Below are positions 57,023 through 64,000 of a DNA stretch of 64,000 nucleotides, piece by piece. This DNA is from an uncultured virus (IMG/VR IMGVR_UViG_3300016471_000493) (lineage: Duplodnaviria; Heunggongvirae; Uroviricota; Caudoviricetes): the IMG/VR virus record IMGVR_UViG_3300016471_000493; one strand, given 5' to 3'. The position numbers were made by a program, and so were the translations under genes. Position 1 is the first letter of the stretch. Each line of letters starts with the position of its first letter. Below the pieces are notes generated by a model. The model ran no database searches. It saw only the letters and a program-made list of their open reading frames with translations, and was not told where the DNA came from.

Positions 57023-57574
57023 ATGAATCAAGACCTATTTCAGAAGTTAGCTGTTGCTAAAAAAATTATGGATAAACAAAACGAAATACCACGAGGTAAT
57101 TCACCTATGAGTATTTCATCACCTAGTGTTCAAAGCTTTGAACCTATTAACGCAAGTTATAACATTCCACAAGAATTTTTACAAGAACAACAAGTACCAC
57201 AACAAAAATCTAACGTTCCAATGTCACAAAAAATTCAAAATTCTAAATTACCAGATGAGATCAAAAGATTGATGTTGGAACACCCAATCGAACAACCACA
57301 AACACAACCTGTATTGTCAAATGAAGTAGTGGAAGCCGCGGCTAGATTAATGAAAACCGATGCCGCGGGTAATATAAAAGGTGAACCAAAAAAAACTCAA
57401 TCTAATTTTGATTATAGTACGTTAAAATCTATGTTGAAAGAAACGATTGAAGAAGTTCTTAGTGAAAAGGGACTTTTATATGAGGAAAGTTCTTCAACCA
57501 AACAAGTTTTAACGTTCAGGGTTGGTAATCACGTATTTGAGGGAGTGGTAACTAAAATTAAAAAGGTCAAGTAA
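57023..57574 (+). CDS. Hypothetical phage protein (likely start ATG 57023)
   Basis: MNQDLFQKL...SKLPDEIKRLMLEHPI...FRVGNHVFEG. Confidence 0.6.
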   Translation: MNQDLFQKLAVAKKIMDKQNEIPRGNSPMSISSPSVQSFEPINASYNIPQEFLQEQQVPQQKSNVPMSQKIQNSKLPDEIKRLMLEHPIEQPQTQPVLSNEVVEAAARLMKTDAAGNIKGEPKKTQSNFDYSTLKSMLKETIEEVLSEKGLLYEESSSTKQVLTFRVGNHVFEGVVTKIKKVK

Positions 57575-57625
57575 ACACTTTTTTTATTCATTGTTTTTCT
57601 TAGATTTTTAATCTAAGAAACAACT

Positions 57626-58843
57626 ATGCACAAATCAAAGATTAATATTTTAGTATTACCCTCAGACACTACTGGAGTTGGTAAATTTAGGTCGTTAGAC
57701 CCACACATAATGTTACAAAATATGTACGGTGATGAATTTCATATTGACATTGATTATCAACCTCAACTTAACGACATAAATTTTTGGAAAAAATACCAAA
57801 TTGTACATTTTCATCGAACAATCGGCCAAGATTATAATGTATCAGCCAATTTAATTAAAATGGTTGGTCAGTTAGGTCTAAAAACAATTATGGATTTGGA
57901 TGACTACTGGCTCCCAACAAAAGAACACCCTATTCATGATTTAGTTGTGTCAAATAAAATTCATGAAAAAATAATAGAAAATCTTAAAGTCAGTGAATAT
58001 GTTACAACAACAACTGATATTTTTGCTCAAGAAATGTTAAAATTTAATAAAAACCCTGTCGTACTTCCTAATGCTATTAGTAAAACCGAATCTCAATTTA
58101 ATGCAGTTACAGAACCTTCAAGTAAATTAAGATTTGGATGGTTGGGCGGTTCATCTCATTTACACGATATTAATATACTTGAATCAATTTTTTCTCGTAT
58201 GCATGAATACAAAAATACAACTGAGGTTTATCTTTGTGGGTTTGATACTCGAGGCACAGTTACTGAAATAAATCAACAAACTGGTGAACATAAAAAAAGA
58301 GACATTAAACCACATGAAACTGTATGGTATAAATATGAACAAGTATTTACAGACAATTACAAATTAGTTTCCCAAGAATATCATAATTTTTTAAAAAAAT
58401 TTAAAGAAGAAGACGACAAACAATTTGATAATGAATTTTACAAAAGAGTGTGGACTAGACCTATTCAACAATACGCGAAAAATTATACAAAGTTCGACGT
58501 ATCACTAGCACCAATTAAAAATCATATTTTTAATAGAATGAAATCACAATTAAAAGTGATTGAAGCGGGTTTTTATAAAAAAGCATTGATAGCCTCTAAT
58601 CTTGGGCCATATACAATTGATTTGACTCACGCTTTAAAAAATGGTATATTTACAAACGGAAATGCATTATTAGTCGATGAAAACAGAAATCACAGTGATT
58701 GGTTCAAATACACAAAAAAACTTATTGAAAATCCAAATTTTGCAAAAGACTTGGGTGAAAAATTGTATGAAACAGTTCACGAAAAATACAGTTTAGAAAA
58801 AGTAACAAAAGATAGAGCAGAATTTTACAGATCAATATTATGA
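57626..58843 (+). CDS. GT-B (GT4-like) glycosyltransferase
   Basis: DLDDYW, VLPNAI, FGWLGGSSHLHD, FNRMKSQLKVIEAG and IAS.LGPY. Confidence 0.8.
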   Translation: MHKSKINILVLPSDTTGVGKFRSLDPHIMLQNMYGDEFHIDIDYQPQLNDINFWKKYQIVHFHRTIGQDYNVSANLIKMVGQLGLKTIMDLDDYWLPTKEHPIHDLVVSNKIHEKIIENLKVSEYVTTTTDIFAQEMLKFNKNPVVLPNAISKTESQFNAVTEPSSKLRFGWLGGSSHLHDINILESIFSRMHEYKNTTEVYLCGFDTRGTVTEINQQTGEHKKRDIKPHETVWYKYEQVFTDNYKLVSQEYHNFLKKFKEEDDKQFDNEFYKRVWTRPIQQYAKNYTKFDVSLAPIKNHIFNRMKSQLKVIEAGFYKKALIASNLGPYTIDLTHALKNGIFTNGNALLVDENRNHSDWFKYTKKLIENPNFAKDLGEKLYETVHEKYSLEKVTKDRAEFYRSIL

Positions 58844-59541
58844 TTACACAATCAATTAATAAACTATTATTTTTCGATATAGAAACCGTAGGACTATTCA
58901 AAAACTATGATGAACTTGAAAAAAACAATGAAATGTTACTCAAGCAATTTCATAATTACTTTGATTGGTTTTTAAAAAGATTTCCTGAAGATAAGGATTT
59001 ACCTAAAGAACAAGTTTTTATTAATAGAGCGGCACTCGTGCCAGAATTTTCAAAAATAGTATGTGCTAGTTTTGCATTTGTTACACCTGATAGTAAAGTT
59101 CACAAACAAACCATTTCAGGCGATGATGAAAAACAAGTATTGACAGAAATAAATCAATTGTTTAATAAAGTTCAAAAATCTGATTTTTGGTTGTGTGGAC
59201 ATAATGTAAAAAATTTTGATATACCACAACTTCTTAAAAGAATGGTAATTAACGGAATAAAACCATCAACCCTTCTACCTAGTTATGAAACAAAACCATG
59301 GGAAATTAGAGCGATTGACACAATGGAAGTTTGGAAATTTGGTAATCCCTTTGGTTTATCCTCTTTGGAATTGATGTGTGCCGCTATGGGAGTACCTTCT
59401 TCCAAAGAAGGAGAAATTACAGGCAATCGAGTTCACGAAGCATATTGGGAATACAATCAGTTAGATTTAATTGTTGAATATTGTGAACGTGATGTTTTAG
59501 TTTTGGTAGAACTTATAAAAAAACTTAAAGAATTGAAATAA
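58840..59541 (+). CDS. Stand-alone DEDDy 3'-5' exonuclease (PolB-exo-like)
   Basis: FFDIET, GHNVKNFDIP and YCERDV. Confidence 0.85.
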   Translation: MITQSINKLLFFDIETVGLFKNYDELEKNNEMLLKQFHNYFDWFLKRFPEDKDLPKEQVFINRAALVPEFSKIVCASFAFVTPDSKVHKQTISGDDEKQVLTEINQLFNKVQKSDFWLCGHNVKNFDIPQLLKRMVINGIKPSTLLPSYETKPWEIRAIDTMEVWKFGNPFGLSSLELMCAAMGVPSSKEGEITGNRVHEAYWEYNQLDLIVEYCERDVLVLVELIKKLKELK

Positions 59542-60260
59542 TGAAAACAAATGATAATACAGACCCATCAAACGATAATTTAGATGATGAATTTGATAAT
59601 TCATTAAAAGAATTAAAAGAACAACTTAAATTAATTTCATCAATCACAAATGATAAAAAAAATATAGATTTATCAAATGATAATGAAAATATTGACTTAT
59701 CAGATTTATCTGAAAAATTAGGTATAGATATTGAATCTTTTATAAATAATTTAGATTCAGAAATAAGTACTGATTTAATTAATGAACTTAACTGTCAAGA
59801 TACCTATAAGACCAATCCAACTTTAGAATTATCTTACACTAAGATACATGAAGACGCCGTTGATCCATTTTATAATTACTCAGGAGATTCTTGTTTTGAT
59901 TTATTTTCTGTAATTGATTGTGAACTAAATGGTAATTCGAGAGATTTAATACCAACTGGTTTAAAATTTAATATACCAGACTATACTGAATTACAAATTA
60001 GAACCAAAAGCGGTTTGGCTATTAATCAAGGATTAATTGTTCTAAATAGTCCAGGCACTATTGATTCAGGCTATGTTGGGGAAATTAAAATAATTTTGTA
60101 TAATTCAACATCAGAAAAAATCTTGATAAAAAAAGGACAAAAAATAGCCCAAGGCTGTTTATGTCCAGTATATTGTGGAGGAGTTATAAAATTAGTAGAA
60201 AAAAATAATTTAATAAAGAAAGATAGAGGTGAAAATGGTTTTGGCTCAACAGGAATTTAA
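59541..60260 (+). CDS. dut: Trimeric dUTPase with an acidic N-terminal extension
   Basis: CFDL, RTKSGLA, NSPGTIDSGYVGEI, KIAQ and RGENGFGSTG. Confidence 0.92.
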   Translation: MKTNDNTDPSNDNLDDEFDNSLKELKEQLKLISSITNDKKNIDLSNDNENIDLSDLSEKLGIDIESFINNLDSEISTDLINELNCQDTYKTNPTLELSYTKIHEDAVDPFYNYSGDSCFDLFSVIDCELNGNSRDLIPTGLKFNIPDYTELQIRTKSGLAINQGLIVLNSPGTIDSGYVGEIKIILYNSTSEKILIKKGQKIAQGCLCPVYCGGVIKLVEKNNLIKKDRGENGFGSTGI

Positions 60261-60262
60261 TC

Positions 60263-61906
60263 ATGATAACAATAGGGTATAGTACAAGAAAATCTTCCGA
60301 GGAATTTAAAGATTTACTTCGTAAATCAAGTGGGTATCCTAAAATAGAGATTATTGAAAAAGAAAATCTAGATGGACGTTCATTAACAAAAGTCTATAAT
60401 GAAATATTAGAAGAATCTACAAATGATATTGTAGTATTGTGTCACGATGACATTTATTTCGATACTAAAAATTGGGTCAAAAAATTAATCAAGCATTTCG
60501 AAAAAAATCCACATGGTATAATAGGTCTAGCGGGTACTAGTCATATGCCAAAAAGTGGAATGTGGTGGGAAGATAGGAGTAAAATGCATGGAATAGTCAA
60601 CCATGAAAGTGAAGGTAAAAAATGGGAATCAAAGTACAGTTCAAGTCTAGGAGATAAATTAAAAGATGTAGTTGTTGTCGATGGATTATTTATTTGTTTG
60701 AGTAAGTCAAGAATTAAAAAAAGATTTGATGAGACTGTAGAAGGTTTCCATTTTTATGATGTAAATTTTTCATTCCAAAATTTTTTAGAAGGAGTACAAA
60801 TTGGAGTGATGTTCGATATTAGAGTAACTCATAAATCGATCGGTATGACTAATGAAAAATGGGAAAGAAATAGAATACAATTTAGTGAAAGATATTCTAG
60901 TGAATTACCCAAAATCGTACCCAAGAAAAAGAATGAAAAACTTAAGATTCTCCTTTCTTGTCTTTTTTTTAAAACATTTACAGGTTCTGAAGTTTATGTC
61001 TATGAGTTAGCACGAACATTGGTTGGGTTAGGTCATGATGTTAGCGTACTTTCGGATGTTGGAAAACCTCTTGAGGATATGGCTAAGAGACTTGGTATTA
61101 AGACATATTCATTGCAAGAACCACCAGGATTCAAAGTAGGTGATGGTAAATGGAGTTTAAATACTCCACAAGGTATGGTGGTATCAACTCCAAATACAAT
61201 GTATAAGGTTTCTGAAGTAAATTTCGACATCATACATGCACAACATGAGCCTACTACAAATTTTATTTGTCAACTTTATCCTAATATACCAAAAATTTCT
61301 ACAATACACTCAGAAGTAATAAGTCTAGAAAAACCAGTTATCAACGATACGATTAGAGAGTACATTTGTATACGGCCTGAAATTCAACAACACATAATTG
61401 ATGTTTACGAAATACCTAAAGATAAAACTTCGGTGATTTATAACCCTGTAGATAAGAATCGGTTTTCGAATAAAAATACAAAAGTTGAAAATGCAGTATT
61501 GTTTGTTGGTAGTATTGATTATTTAAGAGAAAATACAATTAAAGATTTAATTTACTATACCGAAGAAAATGGTAAAGAATTATGGTTAGTTGGCGATAAT
61601 AAATCAAATTATTTACAGGATATATTAAAAAATACACACGTTAAATATTTTAACTCAACATGGAAAACTGAAGATTTTATTAAAAGAGCTAGTGAGACTG
61701 CAGGGATTTTACTCGGTCGTACTACGATAGAAAGTTGGTTTTGTGGAAAACCAGCTTGGATTTATAAAGTAGATTCTTCAGGTAATATTCTAGATAAAAA
61801 CTTAATCAATCCACCATCGAATGAAGAACTAAGTAAATTTGATAGTAATGTTGTTGTTGAATTAATTGAGGATAAATATTATAAGTTAATTAATCAGGAG
61901 TTATAG
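60263..61906 (+). CDS. Bifunctional glycosyltransferase (GT-A plus GT-B/GT4-like)
   Basis: LCHDDI, VDGLF and FHFYD; TGSEVYVYELA, IYNPVD and LGRTTIESW. Confidence 0.8.
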   Translation: MITIGYSTRKSSEEFKDLLRKSSGYPKIEIIEKENLDGRSLTKVYNEILEESTNDIVVLCHDDIYFDTKNWVKKLIKHFEKNPHGIIGLAGTSHMPKSGMWWEDRSKMHGIVNHESEGKKWESKYSSSLGDKLKDVVVVDGLFICLSKSRIKKRFDETVEGFHFYDVNFSFQNFLEGVQIGVMFDIRVTHKSIGMTNEKWERNRIQFSERYSSELPKIVPKKKNEKLKILLSCLFFKTFTGSEVYVYELARTLVGLGHDVSVLSDVGKPLEDMAKRLGIKTYSLQEPPGFKVGDGKWSLNTPQGMVVSTPNTMYKVSEVNFDIIHAQHEPTTNFICQLYPNIPKISTIHSEVISLEKPVINDTIREYICIRPEIQQHIIDVYEIPKDKTSVIYNPVDKNRFSNKNTKVENAVLFVGSIDYLRENTIKDLIYYTEENGKELWLVGDNKSNYLQDILKNTHVKYFNSTWKTEDFIKRASETAGILLGRTTIESWFCGKPAWIYKVDSSGNILDKNLINPPSNEELSKFDSNVVVELIEDKYYKLINQEL

Positions 61907-61907
61907 T

Positions 61908-62633
61908 ATGATTAAAATTGTTTCTTGTTTTTGGAATGCAAAAAAATATTTGAAAACTTATATTGATAGTTTAAAAATTCAAAATTATAAAGATTTTCAA
62001 GTTTTTTTAATTGACGATATGTCAGAAGATAACGGTTCAGAATTATTAAAAGAATTAATACATAACGACGACCGGTTCAAGTTAATAGAAAATACTGAAA
62101 AAAAATTTAAACTACGAAATTTAGATGAATTAATTTCTAATTTTGATGATGAGGATATCGTAGTGGAAGTAGACGCTGACGATTTTTTATTAGGTAACGA
62201 TGTTCTAAATTTAATTAGTAAAATTTATTCAGATAAAACAACTTGGCTTACAAATGGGTCTTTTATGTTTAGTAATGGTACTATTGGATTTTCACAAGAA
62301 TGTAATCCTGATACAATCAGGACTGATGAATTTAGATTTTCTCATTTACGAACATGGAAATCTTTTTTATGGAAAAACATACCTAAAGAAAATTTTTTGG
62401 ATAATAATGGTGATTATTATAAATCGGCACCAGATGTGGCATATTCTTTTCCTTTATTAGAACTTTGTGGTAAAAAACACTACAAATTCATAAATAAAAT
62501 TTTATATGTTTATAATGAAATATCGCCATATAACGAACATAAAGCCCAAAGTGCCGCAGGAGGAATCGATGTACAATGGAAATCTGCTAATGAAATAAGA
62601 ACAAAATCCAAATTAAAACCTTTAATATTATGA
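61908..62633 (+). CDS. GT2 glycosyltransferase
   Basis: IDDMSED, VDADDFL and SHLRT. Confidence 0.85.
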   Translation: MIKIVSCFWNAKKYLKTYIDSLKIQNYKDFQVFLIDDMSEDNGSELLKELIHNDDRFKLIENTEKKFKLRNLDELISNFDDEDIVVEVDADDFLLGNDVLNLISKIYSDKTTWLTNGSFMFSNGTIGFSQECNPDTIRTDEFRFSHLRTWKSFLWKNIPKENFLDNNGDYYKSAPDVAYSFPLLELCGKKHYKFINKILYVYNEISPYNEHKAQSAAGGIDVQWKSANEIRTKSKLKPLIL

Positions 62634-63448
62634 ACTTTATATCTTGTAAATTAATGGGTGGGTTAGGGAATCAAATGTTCCAAGCCGCCCACGCCATGTG
62701 TCAAGGGTTATTACACAATCGTCCTGTGTATTTGTTACCGTATTCTTGGACACCAATGCAAGGTAGAGGGACTGAAAACTACAAAGAAAATATATTTAGA
62801 AAGTTTAAATTTGGTTCAAATCACGATGGGTTCCAAGAAATAGGAGAAGGACCTTGGGAGTATTCAATTGTTGTTCCATTTAGTGAAAACACTGTGTTCT
62901 CAGGGTATTTTCAAAGTAGTAAAAACTTTTTTGGGTTTGACGAACAAGTCAGAGAAATTTATTCACCGTCTGTCGATATAGTTGAAGAATTAAAACGAAA
63001 ATACCCTGAGTTAAATAATCCTAATACTTTGTCGATCCATATCAGAAGAGGTGACTATTTAAACAATCCGCACATTCATCCAAGCGTTGGATTATCTTAC
63101 ATACAAGAAGCGTTAAAACGAGTTGGTGAATATTCTTATGTTTTTGTATTCTCTGAAGATAAAGATTGGGTTAATCAAAACCTACATCTAAAAAATATGA
63201 CTTTAGTAAATGAAACTGAAGATTATAAAGAAATGTGGTTAATGTCGTTATGCCAAAACAATATAATATGTAATTCTACATTTTCTTGGTGGGCTAGCTT
63301 TTTGAATAAAAATGAAAATAAAAAAATAATTGTGCCTTCTATATGGTTTGGACATGGAGGACCTAAAAATTTCAAGGATATCTATGAACCATACTGGACG
63401 GTAATAAATGTAGAATCAAAAAATGGAATTTTAGAATATGTTGCTTAA
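62630..63448 (+). CDS. GT11 alpha-1,2-fucosyltransferase
   Basis: GGLGNQMFQ, GYFQS, HIRRGDY and NSTFSWWA. Confidence 0.9.
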   Translation: MNFISCKLMGGLGNQMFQAAHAMCQGLLHNRPVYLLPYSWTPMQGRGTENYKENIFRKFKFGSNHDGFQEIGEGPWEYSIVVPFSENTVFSGYFQSSKNFFGFDEQVREIYSPSVDIVEELKRKYPELNNPNTLSIHIRRGDYLNNPHIHPSVGLSYIQEALKRVGEYSYVFVFSEDKDWVNQNLHLKNMTLVNETEDYKEMWLMSLCQNNIICNSTFSWWASFLNKNENKKIIVPSIWFGHGGPKNFKDIYEPYWTVINVESKNGILEYVA

Positions 63449-64000
63449 TTTAAATAACTTAGTTGAAAAATATGGTTTAACTATAAAGGGGGTATTACAC
63501 ATAGGTGCTCATTTTGGAGAAGAGAATGGAATATATGATCATTTACAAATCCCAAATAGAATCTTTTTTGAACCATTGAAATCTAATTTCAATATTTTGA
63601 AAGACAGAGTATCAGATGCCTACCAATTAATTAATATTGCACTTGGTAATGATAATAAAACTATAAACATGAATGTTGAAACAGCAAATAGTGGTCAATC
63701 TAGTTCAATTTTGAATCCTGTCCTACATCTAGTTCAGTACCCTCACATCAAATTTGAAAGTGTTGAAGAAGTTGAAATGAAAAGATTAGATGATTTGAAC
63801 ATAAATTTAGAAAATTTCAATTTTATTAATATTGATGTACAAGGTTACGAACTAGAAGTGTTTAAAGGCGCTGTAAAAACTTTAGAAAACATTGATTACA
63901 TTATGTCAGAAATAAATCGAGATGAAGTTTACCAAGATTGTGCAAGAATAGAACAACTTATAGAGTTTTTGAAACCTTATGGTTTTGAATTAGTTGAGCA
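63438..64000 (+). CDS. FkbM-family SAM-dependent methyltransferase (partial)
   Basis: ATG 63438 reads MLLNLNNLVEKYGLTIKGVLHIGAHFGEE...FFEP...IALGN...SSSIL...RLDD...INIDVQGYELEVFKGA; runs off the window. Confidence 0.85.
   Translation, partial: MLLNLNNLVEKYGLTIKGVLHIGAHFGEENGIYDHLQIPNRIFFEPLKSNFNILKDRVSDAYQLINIALGNDNKTINMNVETANSGQSSSILNPVLHLVQYPHIKFESVEEVEMKRLDDLNINLENFNFINIDVQGYELEVFKGAVKTLENIDYIMSEINRDEVYQDCARIEQLIEFLKPYGFELVE

Noticed and set aside
1..64000. Alternative genetic code (stop-codon reassignment)
   Set aside because: Long conserved genes are intact in code 11, and TAA, TGA and TAG all terminate genes at sensible positions.

Overview
This window is part of a large, AT-rich myovirus-type (T4-like neck/tail architecture) phage genome read in the standard genetic code. 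The likely host is Bacteroidota: there are no Shine-Dalgarno motifs, leaders are A-rich, and TAnnTTTG boxes precede two genes. It carries a tail/neck module: a partial tape measure gene, a tail-assembly/gp26-like gene with a probable frameshift extension, a tube and a degenerate tube paralog, a sheath, and gp13/14/15-like genes. It also carries a Hef-like endonuclease, SNF2 helicase, SOD, family B DNA polymerase, exonuclease, dUTPase and a WYL protein. Two accessory systems stand out. (1) A tandem-duplicated array of six Nal1-like trypsin-fold serine protease genes (seven domains; five with intact H-D-S triads, two degenerate) is interleaved with the neck genes and shares modules with them. 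(2) At least seven large mucin-like (Thr/Pro-rich), Cys-rich modular proteins, probably virion-associated, sit beside about a dozen glycan-modifying genes. These include a GT60-type polypeptide GlcNAc transferase, GT10 and GT11 fucosyltransferases, HtrL-type proteins and an FkbM methyltransferase, suggesting a phage-encoded virion O-glycosylation system. An [S/T]-G-x-[T/S] motif is enriched in the structural proteins and may be its sequon. All family calls come from motif recognition by eye; no database searches were run. A 125-N assembly gap at 39024-39148 breaks one gene.
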